This document shows, piece by piece, positions 1 through 11,055 of a stretch of 64,000 bases of DNA (position 1 is its first letter; every line of letters starts with the position of its first letter). Below the pieces are notes generated by a model. That model was not told where the DNA came from. It did not search any database and saw nothing but the letters and a program-made list of their open reading frames with translations. A program made the position numbers and the translations under genes. The stretch is from positions 178,002,001 through 178,066,000 of the forward strand of contig OZ024741.1 in NCBI GenBank assembly GCA_964016885.1. Direction: 5' to 3'. This DNA is from Eledone cirrhosa. Lineage: Eukaryota.

Positions 1-432
1 CTGTGGTAGTGGTGGGGGTGGGGGTTGTCGCGGTGGTGGTGGCGGCTTTAACACCTGCAGTCATTGGTAATGGCGGGAAATGAACGTCTGCCTGGGACAA
101 ATTAAAAATATTGCTACTGCTTACAATTCCCGTGTTGGAAAACGTAGCAATATTTACAATGCTGGTTTCGGTGTGAGGTGTTGGATTGTGAGGAAGGAGT
201 GAATCTGAATCTTCCATTATTTTTCAAAGAAAACTTTTTTGTTTGATAATTGTAAAAAGTTTAAATTTTGGGTTCAAGGCTCCAATATTTTTGAGTGTCC
301 TTTTCAGAAATCAATGTATGTGCACTTATATACAATTAACAATAAAACTTTTCATAAATGGCAATTTTAAATAACTGAAAATAACAAACCTTTGCGGAGC
401 TCACGATGATACGATTTACTACTTAGGTCGCC

Positions 433-484
<52 letters not shown>
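433..484. repeat. (AAT)n microsatellite adjoining a short dispersed repeat also seen inverted at ~8637-8706
   Basis: Pure AAT run followed by aaatttgaggactaaaatccaaagaggg, the reverse complement of ccctctttggattttagtcttcaaattt at ~8640-8668. Confidence 0.85.
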
Positions 485-487
<3 letters not shown>

Positions 488-573
488 TTGAGGACTAAAA
501 TCCAAAGAGGGTTCCATATGGATAAATATATATCAAATATATAAGAACCGTCGAACAAATATATGTATATATA

Positions 574-1234
574 CAGGGAGACCCAAAAGTCACACATGGG
601 TCGCAACTGTTTACAATTTTTTTTTATTTTGTAATAACTTTGCTTTCCCTGCAGACATTATATGAACAAGGCCTGGACAATTAATTCTGGAAACATACAG
701 CACCGAGCAACGTAGCTACCCAAGTTGTGAAATTATTCTACCAAAATCAGGGGTCGATATACCGGTGAGCATATCGGTGACACTATCTAATGAGAGACGC
801 TCCTAGGGACAGTGCGATTAGGAAATTGGTTAATAGTTTCGAAGAGCAAGGAGCAGTAAGTGATCGCCCATGATATGGGAGGCCTCGCAATGTCAGACCT
901 GATGTGACAAGGGGACAAGTTTGAGAGAGTGTCGAGGAGAATCCAGGCACATAGACTCGAAGGCGGTCAAAACAACTCGTTGACATTTTCCCATACAAGA
1001 TGCAACTGGTTCAACAACTGAAGCCCCAAGGCTATCAACGTAGGTTCCAATATCCTGTCAGAATCCAGGAATTGGCAAGAAATGGCCGAAATTTTACCCA
1101 AAACTTAATGATGACGTGTGCAAAATAATTTCAATTATGTCCTTTAAGTTATATCAAAATTTCATACATTAAATCTGTACAATTCAGGAATTTAATAAAA
1201 ACTAAAATCCCTGTGTGACCTTTGGGCTACCCTG
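574..1234 (+). mobile_element. Internally deleted Tc1/mariner-superfamily DNA transposon (DUF4817-type N-terminal HTH remnant)
   Basis: Imperfect ~23-bp TIRs (cagggagacccaaaagtcacaca at 574; tgtgtgacctttgggctaccctg ending 1234), each flanked by TA. Broken internal reading frame gives KLFYQNQGS...PRDSAIRKLVNSFEEQGAV...GRPRNVR...FPYKMQLVQQLKP. The DDE domain is absent. Confidence 0.85.
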
Positions 1235-1275
<41 letters not shown>

Positions 1276-1887
1276 TGTGTGTGTGCATGTGTGTGTGCGC
1301 GCATGTCCGTATTTATATATACATATATAGCAATATCCATAGATGTGAAAAAGGAAAACGGTGCTCAATAGGGAAGAGAACAGAAATATTATATATACCC
1401 GGAACAAAAAACGCTACCTAGAGTTTCAGGGCGGAATATTAAACATATCTCCAGAATGTAAGAGGGGTGGAAATTGTGAACCATCTTCAGTCACATAAAT
1501 GAGTTTCTAAGATACTTGTAACGCTTGAATATCTGAAGTAACGCCATACAAATGTTTCTTAAAACATTGTATTATCTATTTATGTAGATAATTGTGATAA
1601 AGGCCTTCGATTTCTGATGGATTGCTTCTTGGTAGCGTGTTATATGTTAAGGCTGACAACACCTTTAAAAGACAAGGTTAATTTACTAGCATGCACCCTG
1701 AAAACCGGATATTCCATCATCTATATCTATCAAAGCTAGAATATTGCAGATTGTAGATGAGTTCGTCTAAATGGGTAGCACTCCCTCCAGAACACTTGGT
1801 GAATAGGTCAGGGACTGTCTGTCTAAAGTTTCTGATGCTTTTGTTCAGCGGAAGAAGAGCCTGTGCTCACTAACAGATATAATAGTT

Positions 1888-2059
1888 GTTTCTACTTTTG
1901 GCACAAGGCCAGCAATTATCCAGTACATTACTGGTACTTTATTTTATCGACCCCGTAAGGATGAAAGGTAAAGTTGACCTCGGCGGGATTTGAACTCATA
2001 ATGGAAAGGGCCGTAACTCTATGCGTCAAAGCATGACGTCCGACCCTCTACCGATACTG
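1888..2059 (-). mobile_element. tRNA-derived SINE family A (short form)
   Basis: Reverse complement of the copy at 60050-60233, with B-box gagttcaaatccc. Flanked by the direct repeat tataatagt (TSD). Confidence 0.85.
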
Positions 2060-2099
2060 TATAATAGTGCGCACGAACTTTGAAATGTACCAAGTAAGT

Positions 2100-3300
2100 G
2101 TTCTTAAGGCTTAGTATATGGATGTCAGACATGGATAACGTATCGTTGGCATGTCAGGCGCCGCAAAGATTGATAATTTGCGGAACGTTCTTTTGAACCG
2201 ATAGATATATATCAAGTAGATCTTTCAAAGCTTAAACATGACGCTTTGTATTACTTTTTGTGAGCACTTTATTCTTTAATTCTGCAGCTTCTTTGATTGC
2301 GTGTTTATTTTGTCTTATCACTTGGTCTTTCACATGGAATTTGTTTTCTTATTTTAGATTTTATTGGAATATGCTTTTCTACAGCCAATGTATGTGCTTT
2401 AATGGAAGCTTGTATCCTGTGTTCAGTGTTACATCATTAGATATTTGAAGGAGAGAGCTAAGGTTACGTCCCACTGAGATGGAGTATCTGTTGCAAATGT
2501 CTAGATTCCTTAAGCCACCCAATGTTGTTATCGAGCATTTAGTCGAAGTTTTGCTGTAAGCCTTTTCTAGTCAGATGTGGAACTACAAGTGTTGTAAGAT
2601 TTACAGTGTACAGCACTATTAATCCATTTACTGTTTATAATTATGTAATTTCACCGCATTTCATTATCATTTGGATTATATGTTTAGCTCCTTCAATCAT
2701 TTTCTGAATGTCTGTACTTAGACAATCGAGTCAATTCTTTTTATGCATCCATGTTTCCATTTATATATGTGAATGGATTTGCTGGGTATCTGCAGATACG
2801 ATCTCACCCATGTTGTGCATTCAGATCTCCACCAGCTATTTTGATATTATGTTTATTTATGTATCTAGTTAGGTTTGGAATTACCATAACATTCGGTGAC
2901 ATCTTCGATTGTGACACTTGGAGGATTGTCATTATACGTTGTTACTATGATTCTAAGGGGAACATTTACAAAATAATTTAAGGCTTTCACTACCGAAGGG
3001 CATAGTATCATTCATACATCTCTAATTGATTGAAAACTTCCATACTGAGGTTGAAGCCATGGTTCATCCATTTCTACATTATTGATATTGAGATCAACAT
3101 GACATGTCAGGTGCTATTGAATACAAATAATATCAATATTTTGAGGCGCTGCAAGTGATGTGAGTTCAGGTATGTGGTCTAAATTGCTGAGAGTCTCAAC
3201 ATTAAAAGTGAAAATATTGACTTTGGAAATATTGATTGTTTGTGTACATTTAAAAGAAATTGTGTTGACTCTATAGCTGCCTTTTACGACACCACGGCCG
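2100..3300 (-). mobile_element. Possible highly decayed LINE reverse-transcriptase remnant
   Basis: Only a short motif on the minus strand (gactagaaaaggct, DLEKA-like, ~2558-2573); no ORF. Boundaries are approximate. Confidence 0.3.
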
Positions 3301-3870
3301 ACGTTGAGACTTCATCAGAAAGCGCTTTTTGTTCACCCGCGCAACGAGTGTTGCGGTTGAATTGGAAACGTGAGTCATAATGAATCGTTGAGTAGTTGAT
3401 TACACAACCATAAACTAGGTGATCCTAACCGTTGAACTCTTAGGGTTCCTCCGCTCAACATTAATATGAGAAGTAGAGTTTGCCCAGTTAATCTATCAGT
3501 TGCCTCTTCCCTATCAACCATGCTTTAGTTCCATGACGTTCCATGACATCTGTGCGCTTATGTTAGTTGATATATTAAATTATCTATATTTATCTCCAAA
3601 TCACTGATTTGTCGAGCAAACTTGCCAAAATCACTTCTAAAAAAATTTTTTGGGGTGTTAGTAGGCGTCAGTCATCTTACCATCCCATTCCTTCTAACTA
3701 GCCTCTGTGTCACGTGATTGATTCTTTAGAATCGGCCATTTGACCTGAAGCAGTGAGAATTTCGGTACATAGAATCCAGTCCTCGCCAGCTGTTCGATCT
3801 ACCGAATTATTATTATTTTTATATGAGCCGCCAGTGTCCGCGCATTGCCTGGAGACTTAACTGAGAATAG

Positions 3871-3952
3871 ACTCCCTGATGACGCAATGAATTCTCGACA
3901 GTTGGATTACGTAACTGTCTTTATCCCATTGCAGAAACTAATTAGTTGGAGT
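3871..3952 (+). ncRNA. Type I hammerhead ribozyme, unit 1 (GUU site, predicted cleavage after 3947)
   Basis: actcc-CTGATGA-c-gcaatg...cattgc-a-GAAA-ctaattag-TT-ggagt. Stem I is actcc/ggagt, stem II is gcaatg/cattgc plus gacagtt/aactgtc, and stem III is palindromic. Confidence 0.85.
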
Positions 3953-4427
3953 GAAAATTTAAGTAAGTAAGTAAAAAAATTTTTAAAAATTTTTTTTTAA
4001 ATATTTTCTTATTTTACGTCTTTTATATTATTGTTCTGCATTCTCCTGCATTGAACCACCTAGGTACTATGACATAACCTGTGTATTTGCTAGCATGGGC
4101 GTGCATCTGTGCGCTTATGTTAGTTGATATATTAAATTATCTATATTTATCTCCAAATCACTGATTTGTCGAGCAACCTTGCCAAAATCACTTCTAAAAA
4201 AATTTTTTGGGGTGTTAGTAGGCGTCAGTCATCTTACCATCCCATTCCTTCTAACTAGCCTCTGTGTCACGTGATTGATTCTTTAGAATCGGCCATTTGA
4301 CCTGAAGCAGTGAGAATTTCGGTACATAGAATCCAGTCCTCGCCAGCTGTTCGATCTACCGAATTATTATTATTTTTATATGAGCCGCCAGTGTCCGCGC
4401 ATTGCCTGGAGACTTAACTGAGAATAG

Positions 4428-4509
4428 ACTCCCTGATGACGCAATGAATTCTCGACAGTTGGATTACGTAACTGTCTTTATCCCATTGCAGAAACTAATT
4501 AGTTGGAGT
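4428..4509 (+). ncRNA. Type I hammerhead ribozyme, unit 2 (GUU)
   Basis: Same motif as unit 1. Confidence 0.85.
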
Positions 4510-4985
4510 GAAAATTTAAGTAAGTAAGTAAAAAACTTTTTAAAAATCTTTTTAAAAAATATTTTCTTATTTTACGTCTTTTATATTATTGTTCTGCATT
4601 CTCCTGCATTGAACCACCTAGGTACTATGACATAACCTGTGTATTTGCTAGCATGGGCGTGCATCTGTGCGCTTATGTTAGTTGATATATTAAATTATCT
4701 ATATTTATCTCCAAATCACTGATTTGTCGAGCAAACTTGCCAAAATCACTTCTAAAAACATTTTTTGGGGTGTTAGTAGGCGTCAGTCATCTTACCATCC
4801 CATTCCTTCTAACTAGCCTCTGTGTCACGTGATTGATTCTTTAGAATCGGCCATTTGACCTGAAGCAGTGAGAATTTCGGTACATAGAATCCAGTCCTCG
4901 CCAGCTGTTCGATCTACCGAATTATTATTATTTTTATATGAGCCGCCAGTGTCCGCGCATTGCCTGGAGACTTAACTGAGAATAG

Positions 4986-5067
4986 ACTCCCTGATGACGC
5001 AATGAATTCTCGACAGTTGGATTACGTAACTGTCTTTATCCCATTGCAGAAACTAATTAGTCGGAGT
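4986..5067 (+). ncRNA. Type I hammerhead ribozyme, unit 3 (canonical GUC, predicted cleavage after 5062)
   Basis: Same motif but GAAActaattagTCggagt. Confidence 0.9.
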
Positions 5068-5543
5068 GAAAATTTAAGTAAGTAAGTAAAAAACTTTTTA
5101 AAAATTTTTTTAAAAAATATTTTCTTATTTTACGTCTTTTATATTATTGTTCTGCATTCTCCTGCATTGAACCACCTAGGTACTATGACATAACCTGTGT
5201 ATTTGCTAGCATGGGCGTGCATCTGTGCGCTTATGTTAGTTGATATATTAAATTATCTATATTTATCTCCAAATCACTGATTTGTCGAGCAAACTTGCCA
5301 AAATCACTTCTAAAAAAATTGTTTGGGGTGTTAGTAGGCGTCAGTCATCTTACCATCCCATTCCTTCTAACTAGCCTCTGTGTCACGTGATTGATTCTTT
5401 AGAATCGGCCATTTGACCTGAAGCAGTGAGAATTTCGGTACATAGAATCCAGTCCTCGCCAGCTGTTCGATCTACCGAATTATTATTATTTTTATATGAG
5501 CCGCCAGTGTCCGCGCATTGCCTGGAGACTTAACTGAGAATAG

Positions 5544-5625
5544 ACTCCCTGATGACGCAATGAATTCTCGACAGTTGGATTACGTAACTGTCTTTATCCC
5601 ATTGCAGAAACTAATTAGTTGGAGT
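5544..5625 (+). ncRNA. Type I hammerhead ribozyme, unit 4 (GUU)
   Basis: Same motif as unit 1. Confidence 0.85.
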
Positions 5626-6037
5626 GAAATTTAAGTAAGTAAGTAAAAAACTTTTTAAAAATTTTTTTAAAAAATATTTTCTTATTTTACGTCTTTTATA
5701 TTATTGTTCTGCATTCTCCTGCATTGAACCACCTAGGTACTATGACATAACCTGTGTATTTGCTAGCATGGGCGTGCATCTGTGCGCTTATCTTAGTTGA
5801 TATATTAAATTATCTATATTTATCTCCAAATCACTGATTTGTCGAGCAAACTTGCCAAAATCACTTCTAAAAAAATTTTTTAAACATTTTTTTGAAAAAT
5901 ATTTTCTTATTTTACGTCTTTTATATTATTGTTCTGCATTCTCCTGCATTGAACCACCTAGGTACTATGACATAACCTGTGTATTTGCTAGCATGGGCGT
6001 GCATCTGTGCGCTTATGTTAGTTGATATATTAAATTA

Positions 6038-6086
<49 letters not shown>

Positions 6087-6096
6087 TATATTTATA

Positions 6097-6740
6097 AGGG
6101 ATAACAAAATATCGTTATAGTAATCCATTTAGAGGTTGTGAATACTTCTTATTATGGATAGTTTTAGCGTACGGCGTTTTTTGACTCAACAAGAGGTCTA
6201 CGTAGATGGCGCGTTTATGATTTCACTTGTATTCCTATGTAAGTTTATATTGGAGTAATAAAATTGAAAAAGTGAAGAATAACATGGTCAACAGTACAAA
6301 AAAGGGATTTATTTACAGTCTAGCAATTGTTTCACTGATTAAGTTGTCTAGAAATTGCTGAACACTAGAAGCAGTGCCACTTAATTTCAAATACGATGTT
6401 AGCCTAATCAGATCATCAGAGACAACTATCCGGTAAATTTACAAATTCAAATTACGGCATCATTAATAATGGTTTCTTATATATGCACAAGGCCAACAAT
6501 TTTCGGAGAGGGGTATGGCGATTAAATCGACTCCAGTGCGTGACTGGTACCTTATTTTATCGACCCCGTAAGGATGAAAGGCAAAGTTAACCTCGGCGGA
6601 ATTTGAACTCAGATCATAAGGGCCGTAACTCTATGCTGCAAAGCATGGCGTCCGACTCTCAACCGATACTGCCAATCCACCGCCCTACGGCATCATTAAT
6701 AATATTAATAATAAAGATATAGAGAGAAAAAAAAGAAATA
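6097..6740 (-). mobile_element. PLE-type terminal-repeat (pLTR) remnant with decayed hammerhead, interrupted by a SINE
   Basis: 6097-6250 recurs at ~36155-36310, and 6390-6470 recurs inverted at ~37225-37325. The minus strand reads gtct-CTGATGA-tctgatta...taatcag-t-GAAA-caattg-ct-agac. Flanked by (TA)n. Confidence 0.6.
6471..6685 (-). mobile_element. Full-length tRNA-derived SINE family A (long form) with 18-bp TSD
   Basis: A-box-like tggcagtatcgg and B-box gagttcaaattcc on the minus strand. TSD tacggcatcattaataat at 6453-6470 and 6686-6703. Confidence 0.92.
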
Positions 6741-7429
6741 TATATATATGGGGGGTGGGGGGTTGTGTGTGTGTATGTATTCCTCTATGTCTGTGTATAT
6801 ATTTGTGAATATGTGCGAATATATACACTTGTGCATATGAGTATACTTCAAACTTCGGAATTTTAGAAGCGCGTGGTGGTGTTTCCGTATTACTAATCAA
6901 TGACCTCATAGAATACTACATAGTTCACTTTTTCATTGATCATTTATTACCAATTTTATACAACTAGATATTTATTGATAATGAAAAAAAAATAATCATA
7001 ATTAATTGTACTCAATACATGACTCTTATCTGAGTAATTAGAGAATATATTTCGATACTTCAATAGACCCTTAGATATATTTTGTAACGTAGCCTGTCAT
7101 CTTGATATCACTAACATTACTGTTCCATCATTTTTTTTTATCATCTTTTTTTTTTACTTATGTTACACTGTTTCTTGATACATAAAACCTTTATCAAAAA
7201 TATATTTCCAACAATTTGTATGTTATTAATCTTTGAAATTACAAAACATGATGTCTTATTAACACAATCACTAAAACATTGATTTTGTATTACACTCTCC
7301 TATAAAAGATAATTCGATATTTATTTTCATTATTTTTGTGTCTCTTATTTTGGTGGAGGGTGTGGGGTGTATTTTAGCAAGTAATACTGGAATTACGTAA
7401 TTCGGCAGCTGATAATATCAGCATAGTCG

Positions 7430-7640
7430 TGATTTCCATCGCTGGACAGATTTTTACGGCAAAACCAACCGACGGCAGACCCAGGGATAGACCCCCGAAA
7501 AAAAGGTTAGATAACATCATTGAACTTTTCGCTTGGGGATCCATCCGGATCAGTTGGAAACGGTTCTTCTGGACGGAGTGATTGAGGACTCTGCCACCAC
7601 GACTCTATCAAGTAGCGAAGACGAAGTAGAAGAAGCATCA
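7430..7640 (+). mobile_element. 3' end fragment of RTE-like LINE
   Basis: Aligns by eye with 27330-27510 (gctggaca...gacccc...ggttaga.aacatc...gatcagttggaa) and ends in a GAA-rich tail. Confidence 0.55.
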
Positions 7641-8344
7641 GTAGGAAGAGAAAAAGATATTTGCAGTATAGCAGGAGAGATTTGTATTATTCGTTTCCCC
7701 TTACTGAGTTAAAAACCATGTAGTTTGATGCAATATTCAATATTCGAAGAAATATAACATTCGTGTTTATCACATTTTTTCCAATGGCTTTGATAAATAT
7801 CTCTCAAACATCCCCAGGAGTAGATGGCAATGATATATTCGAAATATAACCATGCAAACGTACCAGTAAGAGTAAAAGTGATGAGCGCTCGCCAATGGTA
7901 TACAAATTCTTTTCATACATACATATCGCTTGAGAGGCATCGCGTTTGTATTTTAACGCACGCAAAGCGAAGTAATACATATTGAGTCGTAGTTCGTGGC
8001 GTTAGCAGCGGCACCGGCGATACTATTGACGTCTCACCGCTACCTAATGCTCAACGTTTTATTGGCAAGTTCAAAAAGTTGTTTAAGTATAAGTTTGAAA
8101 TCAGACGCACAGAAAGGAGTTCCAGCTTGATCCTGTAAACAAATTCTCCGTAAGGTTTAAATAGTAGACAACAAGTTTCTGATATCCAAATGGCTAAGTG
8201 TCAGGAAAGAAGCACACAGCAGTAAAAAACAGGATGTGGCCCGGCCCCCATAGCGCGTAAAAAGTTAGGAACTGAAATATTGGCTTGTGGGGGTTTCTTC
8301 TCTGAGGACATTCTGCTCTCCATCTCTCCTGAGACTTTCTTACC

Positions 8345-8480
<136 letters not shown>

Positions 8481-8921
8481 ATTTATTAAAATAACAGATT
8501 AAAGTTTAAGCAAGGAATCGCTGCTTTCACCCTTAACGGGATCTTCTGAAACGAACGAAGTCAATCTGTAAACGCAGAAGTGGATATTTCAAAAACCGTT
8601 GCTCTACGGTTCTTATATATTTGATTTATCCTTATCGAGCCCTCTTTGGATTTTAGTCTTCAAATTTATTATTATTACTATTATTATTATTATTATTATT
8701 ATTATTGAATGCCATGGTTGACGGAGGCTCGGCTCTGTAAGTTATAGTAATTTTTAACCGTTAAAACAATTGTAAATTGTTTAAAACTTGAACCAAATTG
8801 TTGATAAAGACACCCTCCTCCTCGTGAGAGGGGTCTTTCTGTCCGTTATTTGGCCCTTTGGGGTTAAATAACCAGTTATTGGGGTTTTGTACCCAAAATT
8901 TCATTTTAAACAAAAAACAAC

Positions 8922-11020
8922 ATGGCTACGAAAAAGAAATTTCATACGTCACTCCCACTCATTCCGTCTTCTTCTTCCTCAATCATCACTACAGCAGAGA
9001 GAAGATTGTCTCTCCCCCCCCCCCTTCTTTAAATGTGTCTCTCTCCCTCCCTTCTCTTTCGCAAGTGACGAAAGAAAAGAAAAGTCTCGTGCAAAGCGTG
9101 CAAGGTTTCTCCACGACGACGACGACAGCGACGAAACAGGTGTGCGGGAAATACGAAAACCCAGTTCATTCGTCTGACGTCAGGAATAATAGCAGTAGCA
9201 GCCGTAATAACAACTGCAACAGTGACAATGAAAACAACAGTAGCAGCCGCAACAGCATCACCAGCAGCATAAACAACAACAGCATTAGCAGCAGCAACAC
9301 CAACAACAACCACAGCAACAGCGGCGGAGGCAGTAGTCGTAGTACCTGCAGCAACAACAAAAGTACCAGCAGCTCTGACGACAACAACAACAGCAGAGAA
9401 AAACCAATCTCATTTGCAGGTATTGCGAAAAACTTGGAAACAATCCTCATAACAAATGAGGAATTAGAGGAAGCGAAGAAGATGGTGACAAAGAACGGAC
9501 ACCGAGCAATCTGCAAGGCAGCGGAAAAATTTTTCAAAACCCAAGAGCACTGTACGGTCACGTACCGTACAGTAAGTACAAAATCCCGTAGGGTGGAAAG
9601 AGCCACAGAGGCCCAAATACAAAAAGCCTTGGGGTCTGTGTGGCAGCGGAAAACGCACATCACCCGAGGCAAAAAATATGCCACCGTAGACGTACTTTTT
9701 GCCACACCCCAGGAGGCAAAGGCCCAATCAGTAGTGACCCTAAGGAGCGAGGAAATGGTGTTGGTGCCCTCCTACTGCGGGCAAAAAATTGTGAGGGTCA
9801 AACTGACCCACGTCCCCCCCGGAATGACCCCTTCTTGGCTGGCCGCGTCTGTCCTAATCGGAATCGAGGACAAAACAACTGTACTGCAAGTACAGAAAAA
9901 AGTAAGAGAAGATTGGGTCGGCTCCTCCATTGAGATGCTAATCCAAACCAACCAGGAGTGCATCGAAGCTATCCCGGATGTGATAGACTTCGATAACGGC
10001 ACTCAACTGCCCATAAGTGTTGAGGGCAAACGCCCGAAATGCTTTCGCTGTGGATCGAAGACTCACCTCAGGGCCTTCTGCAACGAGAAGACCCTGAGAA
10101 AGGAGAAAACCCCCCTCCTTCCGAATCCGGCTCCACGGCTACCAGCAACAGGACAAGCGGCAACCAGGAACGATAGGCCCGTGGCACCCATACCCACTCC
10201 ACGGAAATCAAAAACAGCAGCAGCAGTGGAAATACTTACAACAACAACAGCAATACCAAATGCAGCTGCAACAGAGACTCCAGTGCAAACATCACCAACA
10301 ACAACAAGTGAAAGAGTGGAGCTGGTACCCCTCCCCGACCTCACAGAATCAGACATGGAGTGTGAGGTGGGAGAGAGGTGGCAAAAGGTCGTAAGAAGGC
10401 ACAAACGCAGAAGCAGCGCATCGTCGCCTTTGAAAAGGGAGGAAAGAAATGAGAAAAGGGTAAAGTCTACTGCAAAGAGACCCACAGCAGCAACAACACC
10501 AACACCATCACCACCCACACTAGCGCCACCATCACCACCGGCGACAACCCCACCGCCAACAACACCTTCAACACCACCACCACAAGCACCAACATCGCAA
10601 ACACAACAACAAAACGCACACACCCAGCAACAACGACAAGAAAATAGCAGAACCACACCCCACCCCCAGAAAAACAAATGCACGGCAATAAATACACACA
10701 ACAAGAAACTAATGACTTACATAATTGAACACACAGACATTTCACAACAGGACTACATAATACCAGCACCAATCAAAACGCCAACTAACATAATACTGCT
10801 AAAAATAGCACAGAAACAATACACAAATATTAAAACGAAATTCCCCAACGCAGTTGGTGATTTCAGGGACCTAGGAGGAACCATCAATCGAAGAGTATAC
10901 TCAGACATTCTCTTAGAAGAGCCGACGACCAGCCGAAGGGACGATTCAACGGTCCCTTCACCAGACGATCAAGTGAAAAGGGATGTAAAAACCATCCCTC
11001 CTCTACCAAAAGTACGGTAA
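8922..11020 (+). CDS. LINE ORF1, gag-like protein with CCHC zinc knuckle (probable 1-nt frameshift in C11 run at 9014-9024)
   Basis: Open frame 8858-11020 with CFRCGSKTHLRAFC (CX2CX4HX4C), an Asn/Ser-rich N-terminus and a Pro/Thr-rich C-terminus. The likely start ATG at 8922 is in another frame until the poly-C run. Confidence 0.85.
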
Positions 11021-11055
11021 GTGGTCTTTCCCATCTTTTCCACTCTATTTTAAAC

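Larger units (their letters stand above)
3547..6043 (+). repeat. Tandem array of 557-558-bp hammerhead-containing units (retrozyme-like satellite)
   Basis: Units start at 3547, 4104, 4662, 5220, 5777 (internally deleted, 225 bp) and 6002 (partial, runs into (TA)n). Full units are nearly identical. Confidence 0.97.

Noticed and set aside
3547-6043. CRISPR-like array or coding tandem repeat
   Set aside because: Units are wholly repeated with no unique spacers, there is no ORF or cas gene, and the context is eukaryotic.
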